A DNA stretch of 63,435 nt, the filler included. It is 5 parts of 5 records of this genome, joined end to end, with 100 filler letters (N's around TTAATTAATTAA, not from the genome) between each part and the next. Parts side by side here need not be neighbours in the genome. Positions count along the whole stretch, not along the records: positions 11,403 to 29,393 come from SRR20825010_2416; 4 more parts are not named here. One strand, 5' to 3'. How positions within the stretch are numbered: position 1 is the first letter of the stretch; each line of letters starts with the position of its first letter. A program made the translations under genes and the position numbers. The notes under the pieces were generated by a model that made no database searches, was not told the DNA's origin, and worked only from the letters and a program-made list of their open reading frames with translations. Of this stretch, positions 18,611-27,911 are shown piece after piece.

Positions 18611-18970
18611 TTAGCGGTTGGTGTTTTTTCTGGCCTTTGATACGACTTTGAGTATTTCTAATGCTTCACTTTTGAATGGTGCTATTTGTTCTGGTTGAGC
18701 TAAATCTGCTTCCTCCATTACTTCCAGCCAAAAGAGTGTTTCATCGGCTTCTTCATTTACAATTGACATTTTAGCGAAAAATTCTGCTTGGGATCGGGCA
18801 ATACAAGCTGCTCTATAATTTGCTGCGGTCGATGTAACTGAACGTACTAGCTGTTTCCCCACAATATAGGTAGTGTCTGTCTTTTTGAGCTTACCATAGA
18901 ATTTAATTATTTCTACCGCCAGCTTTTTAGTTCTTGCCCTAAAAGCTTCAATAAATTCTACCTTTTCCAT
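18611..18970 (-). CDS. Four-helix-bundle protein (23S-IVS-protein / Avd-like family)
   Basis: MEKVEF...KQLVRSVTSTAANYRAAC.ARS.AEF.AK.SIV.EEADETLFWLE; 119 aa from the ATG at 18970. Confidence 0.9.
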   Translation of the reverse strand: MEKVEFIEAFRARTKKLAVEIIKFYGKLKKTDTTYIVGKQLVRSVTSTAANYRAACIARSQAEFFAKMSIVNEEADETLFWLEVMEEADLAQPEQIAPFKSEALEILKVVSKARKNTNR

Positions 18971-18978
18971 AGTCTTTT

Positions 18979-19181
18979 TTAATGAATTAAGGGAATAGTG
19001 AAGTAATGAGAAAATGAACGAAGGAATAAATGAGTTAATTGAGAAGTATAAAAAAGCAAGTAACTTATTAAAGCCCTTCTTCCTTCTTCCTTCTTCCTTC
19101 ATTAATTCATTCTTTCACTAACCCCATTTCTCCATATTTCATTCTTCCCTTAATTCCCTGACTCATTAATTCCTTAATCAA
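18979..19181. repeat. Inverted octamer arrays plus (CCTTCTT)n upstream of four-helix-bundle gene 1
   Basis: Purine-rich octamers 18979-19043, (CCTTCTT)x3 plus CCTTC at 19075-19100, complementary pyrimidine-rich octamers (ATTAATTC-like) 19101-19181. Confidence 0.8.
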
Positions 19182-20750
19182 TTATTTCCTTAACTCATTG
19201 TCAACTTTTCGCCAAATATTGAGAGCGTTCTCGGTCTTCAATTCCGAAGGAAGCATCTGATCAGGCCAATTTTGGTAGCAGATGGATCGGGTGAAACGAT
19301 AGATAGCATCCGTACCCACCGAAGTATATTTTCCATTAGTGCTGGCAGGGAATGGACCTCCATGATGCATGGCTGGGCAAACTTCAACTCCCGTTGGCAT
19401 TCCGTTAAAGAGGATTCTACCCACCTTTTGCGCAAGCGCGTCTACTGTTTCAGCATTTTCGGTCATGTCAATTTCTGTGGCCAATAATGTGCCTGTCAAT
19501 TGCCCTTGAAGTGATTGAGCTACTTGCTTCATTTCACTCTCATTTTCGCAGACCACCAATAATGTAAAGGGGCCGAAAACCTCTTCGTGAAGTTTTGGGT
19601 TATTTAGAAACTCATAAGCAGGAACAAACGCAGTTAATCCTTGTCCGCGGTTATCATCAGTTTCTGTAGCGTTTCCACTTAAGGTTACTCCTTGTTCTTT
19701 TAACAGCGCTTTTCTGTTGGCGTAATAGTTTTCAGCGATACCTTTATTCAGCATTGTAGAAGGAGCTGTTGCGGCAAGTGCTTCAGAAAGGGAAGAAGAA
19801 AATGCCTCCAATTCTGGCGATTGAATCCCCACCAATAAACCAGGGTTGGTACAAAACTGACCTACACCCATACTAACCGATGCGGCTACGGCCTTACCCA
19901 AATCGGCTGGGCTTTCTTTTAGTTTGTTAGGGAAAATAAATGTTGGGTTGATGCTCCCCATTTCTGCATACACAGGAATTGGTTCGTCTCTTTGGTTGGC
20001 CAAATCGAAAAGGGCTTTTCCTCCTCTAAATGAACCCGTAAAACCTACCGCCTTGATTTGCGGATGCTTTACCAATTGCTGACCCACAGGAATTCCGCCA
20101 TTCAACATGGAGAAAACGCCCTCGGGCATTCCGGTTTTTTGTGCAGCATTCAGAATTGCTTGCGACACCATTTCATTAGTGCCCAAATGTGATTCGTGCC
20201 CCTTTACGATTACTGGGTTTCCAGCGGCCAAAGCAGAAGCGGTATCGCCACCAGCCGTTGAAAAGGCCAAAGGAAAATTACTTGCTCCAAAGATGGCAAC
20301 AGGGCCAATGGCTACTTCCATTTTGCGCAAATCAGGTTTAGGCGCTGGCGCTCTGTCTGGAATTGCAGTGTCGATGGTGGCATTTACCCATGAGCCTTCG
20401 CGCACCAAATTGGCGAACATTTTCAACTGATTACAGGTACGGCCTCTTTCTGCTTGGATTCTGCCTTCTGGTAAACCTGATTCTCCACAAGCGCGTGCTA
20501 CTAAAGCATCACCCAAAGCCATGATTTCATCTGCAATGGCCTCTATGAAATCAGCTTTTTTAGATTGTGCTATGTTCTTGTAAGTTTGAAATGCCTGTGT
20601 TGCTTTTGCAACGGCTTTATCTATTTCAGTAGAAGTAGCCACCGAAAATGATTCAGCGAAAGCCTCGCCATTGGCTGGGTTGTGTGCAAAGAGTTGTGTG
20701 GTACCTTCTTTCGAAGGGGTTGATCCTATAAAGTTTGTTCCTTTAATCAT
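19182..20750 (-). CDS. Aldehyde dehydrogenase (alpha-ketoglutaric semialdehyde dehydrogenase type)
   Basis: FGASNFPLAFSTAGGDTASALAAG, GFTGS, AEMGSINP, GQFCTNPG, EEVFGP. Confidence 0.9.
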   Translation of the reverse strand: MIKGTNFIGSTPSKEGTTQLFAHNPANGEAFAESFSVATSTEIDKAVAKATQAFQTYKNIAQSKKADFIEAIADEIMALGDALVARACGESGLPEGRIQAERGRTCNQLKMFANLVREGSWVNATIDTAIPDRAPAPKPDLRKMEVAIGPVAIFGASNFPLAFSTAGGDTASALAAGNPVIVKGHESHLGTNEMVSQAILNAAQKTGMPEGVFSMLNGGIPVGQQLVKHPQIKAVGFTGSFRGGKALFDLANQRDEPIPVYAEMGSINPTFIFPNKLKESPADLGKAVAASVSMGVGQFCTNPGLLVGIQSPELEAFSSSLSEALAATAPSTMLNKGIAENYYANRKALLKEQGVTLSGNATETDDNRGQGLTAFVPAYEFLNNPKLHEEVFGPFTLLVVCENESEMKQVAQSLQGQLTGTLLATEIDMTENAETVDALAQKVGRILFNGMPTGVEVCPAMHHGGPFPASTNGKYTSVGTDAIYRFTRSICYQNWPDQMLPSELKTENALNIWRKVDNELRK

Positions 20751-20786
20751 GTTGTGTTTTTTGCTGCGCGAATAATTGACTTCAAT

Positions 20787-21701
20787 TTACAAATTCAAAT
20801 AGTCTGGCAATTCAGGACGGGTTTTAATTCCTGTTTCGATAATCTGTAGTACGTGATTTCTTTCTGCGCCTGAAAGCGCAAGTCTTGGTGCACGAACGTT
20901 TTCGGTACCAATCCCAGTGGCGACTTCTGCCAGTTTAATATTCTGAACCAATTTAGCATTAATATCAAGCTCCAATAACGGCAAGAACCAACGGTAGATT
21001 GTCAAAGCTTCTAAATGCCTTCCCGCTTTCTGAAGTCTATAAATGGCCACGGTTTCTTTTGGGAAAGCGCAAACCAAACCAGCTACCCAGCCATTGGCAC
21101 CCATAAATAAGCTTTCCAAAGCCAGTGTGTCAACGCCAGAAAGGATTTTGAAACGATCGCCAAAACGATTGATCATTCGGGTGATGTTTGAAATGTCGCG
21201 GGTAGATTCTTTTACCGACTGGATGTTTTCGCATTCGGCCAGTTGCTCGAACATGTCCAAAGTCACCTCAATTTTATAATCTATGGGGTTGTTATAGACC
21301 ATGATAGGCAAGTCGGTAGAGTTGGCAACTGCTTTATAATAAGTAACCGTTTCATGATCGTCAGCTTTATAGCGCATTGGAGGGAGCATCATTAAACCGC
21401 TAGCCCCGTTCTTTTTGGCTTTTTCCGCAGCAATAATGGCCGCTTTCGTAGTTTGCTCAGCAATGTTCATGATCACAGGAACTTTGCTCGTTACCATGTC
21501 AACTGTGGCGCTTACAAGCTCATCCTTTTCATCTTCCAAGAGTGCACTGGCTTCGCCTAAAGTGCCACCTAAAATAATGCCGTCAACACCAGCGGCCAAT
21601 TGCGCTTGGATGTTGGTTTCAAACATTTTTAAATCAAGCTTATCGTCATTTGTAAACTTTGTGGTTACCGCTGGGTAAACGCCTTGCCATGCTACTTTCA
21701 T
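20787..21701 (-). CDS. DapA-family enzyme (probable pyrroline-4-hydroxy-2-carboxylate deaminase)
   Basis: WQGVYPAVTT, GTLGE, YNNP, KES motifs; start at MKVAW; operon context. Confidence 0.85.
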   Translation of the reverse strand: MKVAWQGVYPAVTTKFTNDDKLDLKMFETNIQAQLAAGVDGIILGGTLGEASALLEDEKDELVSATVDMVTSKVPVIMNIAEQTTKAAIIAAEKAKKNGASGLMMLPPMRYKADDHETVTYYKAVANSTDLPIMVYNNPIDYKIEVTLDMFEQLAECENIQSVKESTRDISNITRMINRFGDRFKILSGVDTLALESLFMGANGWVAGLVCAFPKETVAIYRLQKAGRHLEALTIYRWFLPLLELDINAKLVQNIKLAEVATGIGTENVRAPRLALSGAERNHVLQIIETGIKTRPELPDYLNL

Positions 21702-21826
21702 CGTATTGTTTTTTTTGGCTAAGGTAGTGGAGTCCATGCTGTACAACTTTGCGAAAATTCACCAATACTAATATGATATTTGCTACTTGGTTAACTTAGG
21801 TTTATTTTTAGGCTTAAATAATACAG

Positions 21827-22675
21827 GTGAAAGTACTTCCTTTTAAAATTCCAAAAACCGAAGCGTCATCGCTTTACTTACAAATTGATGATGAACAGTA
21901 TTTCTATGACATGCTTCATCAGCATTCTGAAATTCAAATTACATGGATCATCTCAGGGGAAGGAACGCTGATTCATGGCGATCATTTAGGGAGTTTTAAA
22001 CCGTGGCAAGTCTTTGTGATGGGCTCCAATGTTCCTCATGTTTTTCGATGCGACAAAAAGTATTACGAACAGGAAATGCAAGCCTTGTCGAAGTCGATTT
22101 TCTTTCGTGCCGAACATTTGAGAGAAACTTCAAAGCTGTTTCCTGAAATCAGAGAACTACTCCAGTTTATTCAGAATGCGGAAAGAGGTATTAGGGTGAA
22201 GGATAACTTCACGCCTCAAATGATAAGTGCTTTTGAAAAGGTATTTGAAACCAATGGCTTAAAACGGTTGAATGCATTTTTTGAACTGCTCCATTTGTTT
22301 GGGAACGAGCAAAGCATCGCTTACCTCAATGAGTTGCCCCAAAAATCAGTGAAAGAAGCTGAGGGAAGACGACTGGATGATATCTTCCGCTTTACCTTAG
22401 AAAATTTTGGCAGACGCATTACTTTGGAAGAAGTGGCCGAAGTAGCCAATATGAACAAAGCCTCTTTCTGTCGCTATTTCAAGCAACACACCCGCAAAAC
22501 CTATATTGATTTTCTAAACGACTACCGCATAGGACAAGCCTGTAAACTCTTGCTCAATAAAGACAATACGGTTTCTCAAGTTTGCTTCGAATCTGGCTTT
22601 AGTAACCTCTCCAACTTCAACCGAAAATTTAAAGTAGTAACAGGCAAAACTCCAAGGGAGTATCGGGGGAGTTAA
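21827..22675 (+). CDS. AraC-family regulator divergent from the hydroxyproline operon
   Basis: Cupin LHQHSEIQ N-terminus; FCRYFKQHT...SGFSNLSNFNRKFK..TGKTPREYR HTH. Confidence 0.92.
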   Translation: MKVLPFKIPKTEASSLYLQIDDEQYFYDMLHQHSEIQITWIISGEGTLIHGDHLGSFKPWQVFVMGSNVPHVFRCDKKYYEQEMQALSKSIFFRAEHLRETSKLFPEIRELLQFIQNAERGIRVKDNFTPQMISAFEKVFETNGLKRLNAFFELLHLFGNEQSIAYLNELPQKSVKEAEGRRLDDIFRFTLENFGRRITLEEVAEVANMNKASFCRYFKQHTRKTYIDFLNDYRIGQACKLLLNKDNTVSQVCFESGFSNLSNFNRKFKVVTGKTPREYRGS

Positions 22676-24026
22676 ATGGATCTAACTTCTTGCCAAGGTA
22701 GTACATCAAAACCATCGGACCTTTTTTGTGCCTCTTTGCCTCCGTATATTACTTTTCCATCTGTTTGCCCTGTGATTTTTTGCCAAAAGTGGAGGTTTTT
22801 AAAATAGCTTGAGTTGACTGTCATTCCAGATTTGATTTCAATGACCTGTGAAGAAATACCATGATCAATTAATAGATCAATTTCATTACCAGAGTTATCG
22901 AGCCAATAATATAGATTAGAAACCTCTCCTTGGTTATATCTGTTTTTCAAAGCTTCAGTAATCACAAAATTTTCAAAAATTGCCCCTCGAAATGGGTGCT
23001 GTGCCAATTGTTCTGGGTTTGTAATTCGGAGTAGACTACAGAGCACCCCTGTATCATAGAAGTATATCTTAGGTGACTTAACTATTCGCTTATTGAAGTT
23101 TTTGTAGTAAGGAGGAAGTTGGTAGACAATATAACTGGCTTCCAAAACACCAAGCCATGATTTAACAGTTTTGTTATCTATCCCCGTTTCTATGGCCAAA
23201 TTATTATAATTGACCCTTTGTCCGGCCCTACCAGCACAAAGGGAAAGAAACCTTTCAAAAACTAATAGGTTTTCTATACCCTTGATTTGACGAACATCAC
23301 GTTCTACATATGTTTGAGTGTAAGCCGGAATCCAATCGGTTGGAGGGATATGTTCAGCTTGTATTGAAGGGTATTGTCCCTTCCATAGTAAGGTGTTTAG
23401 GTCGGACAGTGCATGTGGGATTTGACTTAACTCTGATGTAGAAAATGGTAGAAGGTGAATTTGCCCTGTTCTTCCTGCCAAACTCTGGCTAACACTCTCT
23501 AGTAACTGTAAGTTGTTTGACCCTGTCAGTATAAACCTTCCTTTTTCGTCACTCTCATCAAGGATTTGCTGAAGATATGAAAGAAGCTGAGGAGCCCTTT
23601 GGATTTCGTCAAGAACAGCACCTTTTGAATATTGGTTTAGGAATCCACGTGGATCTTCGATAGCAAAATTTCGGGTGTCGGGGTTTTCTAAAGAAAGATA
23701 AGGCTTGTCTTTAAAATACATGCGGGCTAGGGTGGTTTTTCCACTTTGTCTTGGGCCAGTTATGACCACTGCCTTAAACACTTTAGCTAAGTCCATTGCT
23801 TTCTTAGCCGCAATTCTTTCTTTTTTTACAAAATTGGATTCTGATTCCATATTTGTAAATATAGGAATTTTCCGAATATTTTGTGCTTCTAGTATTGAAG
23901 TAAATACCAGCTATGTTGAAAGACGGTTTGGCTATTTTAGGTTCTTATTGCAGCAAGCTCTTTAACTTCAACCGAAAATTTAAAGAAGTAACAGGCAAAA
24001 CTCCGAGGGAGTATAAGGGGAGTTAG
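22613..24026 (+). repeat. 63-bp direct repeat (22613-22675 and 23964-24026) flanking the ATPase gene
   Basis: 58/63 identical; corresponds to the 3' end of the AraC gene. Confidence 0.9.
22672..23850 (-). CDS. AAA_14 ATPase with DUF4143 domain
   Basis: GPRQSGKTT, LDEIQ, ILTGS, YVERD, PKIYFYDTG, GAIFEN, EIDLL...IEIK. Confidence 0.9.
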   Translation of the reverse strand: MESESNFVKKERIAAKKAMDLAKVFKAVVITGPRQSGKTTLARMYFKDKPYLSLENPDTRNFAIEDPRGFLNQYSKGAVLDEIQRAPQLLSYLQQILDESDEKGRFILTGSNNLQLLESVSQSLAGRTGQIHLLPFSTSELSQIPHALSDLNTLLWKGQYPSIQAEHIPPTDWIPAYTQTYVERDVRQIKGIENLLVFERFLSLCAGRAGQRVNYNNLAIETGIDNKTVKSWLGVLEASYIVYQLPPYYKNFNKRIVKSPKIYFYDTGVLCSLLRITNPEQLAQHPFRGAIFENFVITEALKNRYNQGEVSNLYYWLDNSGNEIDLLIDHGISSQVIEIKSGMTVNSSYFKNLHFWQKITGQTDGKVIYGGKEAQKRSDGFDVLPWQEVRSI

Positions 24027-24081
24027 ATATTGATTATAAATTTAGAAATTAGAGAATTGCTTTGCTGAGTGCTTAAACCTG

Positions 24082-24771
24082 ATGGAAATGAGAGATAGAG
24101 ATATCAGAAAATATATTGACCTTTTAAATAAAGGCAATATAGAGGAAGTGATTTTTTTGAGACCAATTAGTGAGAATGTCGATTTAGCCAAGGTTTGGTA
24201 TAGACAGTCAAGAAAGACTGGAGGAGTGGTTTGTTCGCTTGATTTCTTCTTTATCAAAAGTGAGGATGAAATCTACATAGGTGCTATTCTAGATATGTGC
24301 GATGATTTACATTGGTACATTGTTCCTAAGCAAAGGAAAAAGGGATATTTAACAAGAGCCTTGACAAATGAAGTGCTTCCATATATTTTTCTTAATGGTA
24401 GAGAAAGTCAAAGGATAACCGTTAGTCTTGGCTTAGGTAGATTGGCTTACCTCAATTCTAAAAGTGTTGCAACAAAGGTGGGCTTTAAGTCGATTGATAA
24501 GGAGGAGTCAGTTTTCTTGTTAGAAGAAAGGGACGTGAGCTTTCAAAATAAGACAATTCAGGAAAGAAATATGGGGCTATCAAAAGATAGGTGTGAGATA
24601 CTCAAAAGGAGGGTTAATGATCTTTCTAAAGAGTTACATAAGATAAGTGATGAGTTAAAAATGGCTTATGGAGATGATAGTTGCTTGAAAGAAATTTCTA
24701 AAGAAGTCTATTCATATGTCCATATTATTGAAGATTTGGAATGGAAGAATGATAAAAACCGAGTTGACTAA
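24082..24771 (+). CDS. Hypothetical protein with GNAT-like motif
   Basis: WYIVPKQRKKGYLTRAL (acetyl-CoA-binding-like) and NSKSVATKVGF. Confidence 0.6.
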   Translation: MEMRDRDIRKYIDLLNKGNIEEVIFLRPISENVDLAKVWYRQSRKTGGVVCSLDFFFIKSEDEIYIGAILDMCDDLHWYIVPKQRKKGYLTRALTNEVLPYIFLNGRESQRITVSLGLGRLAYLNSKSVATKVGFKSIDKEESVFLLEERDVSFQNKTIQERNMGLSKDRCEILKRRVNDLSKELHKISDELKMAYGDDSCLKEISKEVYSYVHIIEDLEWKNDKNRVD

Positions 24772-24808
24772 GTAGTTTTCAGGTAGAAAGATGTGAGGTA
24801 AATGTAAA

Positions 24809-26134
24809 TTATTTTAACCTCCCCACAATCCCCTCAAAATCTAAACCTTCCCAAACCTCTTCAATATTCGGTTGGGCTAACACCTGGTCCATAATGGCTT
24901 GTTGTTTTTTACCTAACGCATGGGCTTCTGAATAACGGAAATCGCTAAAAGTAACCATGGTGTAGAGCGGTACCCATTTGTCTGGAAAAAGTTCGTTCAG
25001 GCGCTTTTCAATTTTCTTTTGCAGCACAAACATTGGGTCGGCTACTTTGTCGCGCATTTCTATAAAGTTATAGAGCGCCAAATCGGCAATGGCATTTCCA
25101 TCAGGAATTCGTAAAGCCTCATATTCCGCCAGTAAGGCAGGGTTAATTGCTCCGTGCTTCTCGAGCAATTCATTAAAGACAAAGCAATCTTCAAAACCCG
25201 CATTCATGCCTTGGCCATAAAATGGCACTAGTGCATGGGCGGCATCGCCAATCAAAGCCGTATTCCCTTTCACCCAAGGTTTGCACCTCACGGTAATCAG
25301 ACTGGAAGTAGGGTTTTCAAAAAACTCAGTTTTCAATTCAGGAAGAAAAGGCAGTGCATCTTTGAATTTACTTTCGAAGAATTGCTGAACATCATCTTCT
25401 GTTTTTATGGCTTCGAAAGATATTTTTCCTTCAAAAGGGAAAAAAAGGGTGCAGGTAAAACTCTTGTCTAAATTGGGTAAGGCAATGAGCATATATTCGC
25501 CTCTGGGCCAAATGTGAAGCGCGTTGGGCTCTAAAGCAAAATCGCCATTGGCGGTGGGCGGCATAGTCAGTTCTTTGTAACCAGCCGAAATATATTCTTG
25601 GGCGTAATTGAATCGATCCGTTTTTTGCATGGCCGAACGCAGAGCGGAAAAAGCACCATCAGCCCCGAAGAGAAAATCGGCACTTACCTTTTCGCCATTT
25701 CCAAAATGAGCGGTGGCGGTATCAAAATCTACTTCTTCACATTTATGATCGAAACGAATTTCAACGCCATGCGCTTCAGCTTCGGTCATCAATAACTCAT
25801 TCAAACCACCTCTGGAAACCGAGTTAATAAATTGGCCTTCTTTTCCATAAGGTTGAAAACCAAGGTTTCCTTCCAAATCATGAATCATTCTGCCGGGCAT
25901 GGGAATGCAGCTTTCTTGTACTTTTTCTTTCAGTCCAACGGCCTCCAGAGCTTTCAGTCCACGTCTGCTTAAGGCGAGGTTGATAGAGCGTCCACCTAAG
26001 GCACCCGCTTTGCGCATGTCGCCCCTTCGTTCAAAAATGGTAACAGAATAGCCTTTCTTCGCTAAGAAAATTGAAAGTAATGAGCCTACAAGGCCCGCTC
26101 CCAAAATTGATACTTTTTGATTCTGGCCATTCAT
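24809..26134 (-). CDS. kmo: Kynurenine 3-monooxygenase
   Basis: GRSINLALSRRG, GADGAFS, NALHIWPRG, GDAAHALVPFYGQGMNAGFEDC, NFIEMRD. Confidence 0.93.
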   Translation of the reverse strand: MNGQNQKVSILGAGLVGSLLSIFLAKKGYSVTIFERRGDMRKAGALGGRSINLALSRRGLKALEAVGLKEKVQESCIPMPGRMIHDLEGNLGFQPYGKEGQFINSVSRGGLNELLMTEAEAHGVEIRFDHKCEEVDFDTATAHFGNGEKVSADFLFGADGAFSALRSAMQKTDRFNYAQEYISAGYKELTMPPTANGDFALEPNALHIWPRGEYMLIALPNLDKSFTCTLFFPFEGKISFEAIKTEDDVQQFFESKFKDALPFLPELKTEFFENPTSSLITVRCKPWVKGNTALIGDAAHALVPFYGQGMNAGFEDCFVFNELLEKHGAINPALLAEYEALRIPDGNAIADLALYNFIEMRDKVADPMFVLQKKIEKRLNELFPDKWVPLYTMVTFSDFRYSEAHALGKKQQAIMDQVLAQPNIEEVWEGLDFEGIVGRLK

Positions 26135-26145
26135 GATTACATCAT

Positions 26146-27414
26146 TTAGAGGTTTTTCTTAAGTAGATGAGCAAACTGATACACGTCTTCGAAACGGTTG
26201 TAAAGCGGAACTGGAGCCACACGAATTACATCCGGTTCGCGCCAATCTGCAATCACTCCAGCAGCAGCCAGTGCATCAAAAAGTCTTCGGCCATCTTTGT
26301 GAAAGAAGATTGAGAGCTGACATCCGCGTTGCTCAGGATCTGAAGGCGTGATGATTTCGAAAATACCAGAATCACCAGCAATGTCTTTAATCAAAAACTC
26401 AAGAAAGCCCGTGAGCTTTAGACTTTTCTTTCTCAGTTTTTCAATGCCTACTTCATCAAACAATTCTAAGGCAGCCAAATGAGCAGCTGTAGAAATGACG
26501 TTTACATTGCTCAGCTGCCAACCGTCCGCACCGGGCATGGGCTGGAAACCTTTTTTCATTTTAAATCTTTCCTTTTCATCGTGGCCCCACCAACCTGCAA
26601 ATCGGTCAAGTGAACTGTCGTTGGCATATCGTTCGTGAACAAAAATTCCTGAAACGTTTCCTGGGCCAGAGTTTAAGTATTTGTACGAACACCATGTGGC
26701 GAAATCTACATTCCAGTCGTGCAATTGCAAAGGCACATTCCCGAAGGCATGCGCTAAATCAAACCCTACTTTAGCACCCACTTTTTGCCCCGCTTCAGTA
26801 ATGGCCTTCATGTCGAATAACTGGCCAGTATAGTACTGAACGCCACCAATTAACACCAAGGCCAGTTCATTACCTACTTCATCAATTTTGCTTAAAATAT
26901 CTTCACCACGCAGCGTGTTTTCGCCTTTTCTAGGTTTGAGTTCAATCAGTGCTTCATCAGGATTGAGTCCGTGAAATTTAAGCTGCGTTTCGAACATGTA
27001 TTGATCGGAAGGAAAAGCACCTGCTTCGCAAATGACTTTGTAGCGCGTTTTGGTAGGCTTGAAAAACGATACCATCAGTAAATGGAGGTTCACTGAAAGG
27101 TTGTTCATAGAAACCACTTCGATTGGTTTTGCCCCAACAATTCTGGCCAAGGCATCTTTACTGAATTTATGGTATTCCATCCAAGGCCTTTTGCTCGATG
27201 CAAAATGCCCTTCTACGCCCAAGGTTTCCCAACCTTTCATTTCTTCTTCAATATAAGTTCTGGCAGTTTTGGGTTGAAGGCCAAGTGAGTTTCCAGTAAA
27301 GTAATAGCTGTCTTTGCCATTCACTTTTGGAATATGAAAACGATTGCGGTAATCTCTTAACGGATCGTTTTTGTCTAAATACTGAGCGTATGCTAATGTG
27401 TTCTCGTATGTCAT
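26146..27414 (-). CDS. kynU: Kynureninase
   Basis: YFTGNSLGLQP, FPSDQY, FDLAHAFGN, WCSYKYLNSGPG, GWWGH; start MTYENT at 27414. Confidence 0.93.
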   Translation of the reverse strand: MTYENTLAYAQYLDKNDPLRDYRNRFHIPKVNGKDSYYFTGNSLGLQPKTARTYIEEEMKGWETLGVEGHFASSKRPWMEYHKFSKDALARIVGAKPIEVVSMNNLSVNLHLLMVSFFKPTKTRYKVICEAGAFPSDQYMFETQLKFHGLNPDEALIELKPRKGENTLRGEDILSKIDEVGNELALVLIGGVQYYTGQLFDMKAITEAGQKVGAKVGFDLAHAFGNVPLQLHDWNVDFATWCSYKYLNSGPGNVSGIFVHERYANDSSLDRFAGWWGHDEKERFKMKKGFQPMPGADGWQLSNVNVISTAAHLAALELFDEVGIEKLRKKSLKLTGFLEFLIKDIAGDSGIFEIITPSDPEQRGCQLSIFFHKDGRRLFDALAAAGVIADWREPDVIRVAPVPLYNRFEDVYQFAHLLKKNL

Positions 27415-27908
27415 TAAAATAAACTGGTTTGTGCCATTCCAGGCATGCTCTTTTCGTGTTTTAATAGCCAAGCTTTTTTGTCGAGCCCGCCTGCGTAGCC
27501 CGTCAAACTTCCATCTGAACCAATGACTCTGTGGCAAGGGATAATGATGGCGATTGGGTTTTTACCATTGGCGGTTCCTACGGCTCTAATCTTCTTTATA
27601 TCACCCAATTTAACGGCCTGCTTAGCATAAGTGCTCGTTACTCCAAAGGGAATGTCTTGCAAAACCTGCCAAACTTGTTGTTGAAAATCTGTGCCTTCTG
27701 GTGCCACAGGAATGTTGAATTGCTTGCGCTGCCCAACAAAATATTCATGAAGCTGTTTTTTGCATTTACGCACTACCAACGGAATAATCCCTTCGTTCTC
27801 TTCTCCTATTTCATCCACAAAAACCACCATCTTAATGGCGTTTGCGTCTCCCACTATTTTGATGGCGCCCAAGGGCGAGTCCATGTACGTGATTGCTGTA
27901 TTTTTCAA
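27414..27908 (-). CDS. ogt: Methylated-DNA-protein-cysteine methyltransferase
   Basis: GTDFQQQVW, RAVGTANGKNP, IPCHRVIG active site. Confidence 0.93.
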   Translation of the reverse strand: MKNTAITYMDSPLGAIKIVGDANAIKMVVFVDEIGEENEGIIPLVVRKCKKQLHEYFVGQRKQFNIPVAPEGTDFQQQVWQVLQDIPFGVTSTYAKQAVKLGDIKKIRAVGTANGKNPIAIIIPCHRVIGSDGSLTGYAGGLDKKAWLLKHEKSMPGMAQTSLF

Positions 27909-27911
27909 TGC

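Noticed and set aside
18971-19102. N-terminal extension of ORF 18611-19102 (MKEEGRRKK...)
   Set aside because: It is a translation of the repeat arrays; the family domain starts at the ATG at 18970.
22613-24026. The 63-bp repeat as a DGR TR/VR pair
   Set aside because: Mismatches are codon-structured (silent or conservative) and no RT is present; gene-end duplication explains it better.
27415-27537. N-terminal extension of kynureninase
   Set aside because: Overlaps ogt in another frame; the TAATG coupling marks the start at 27414.
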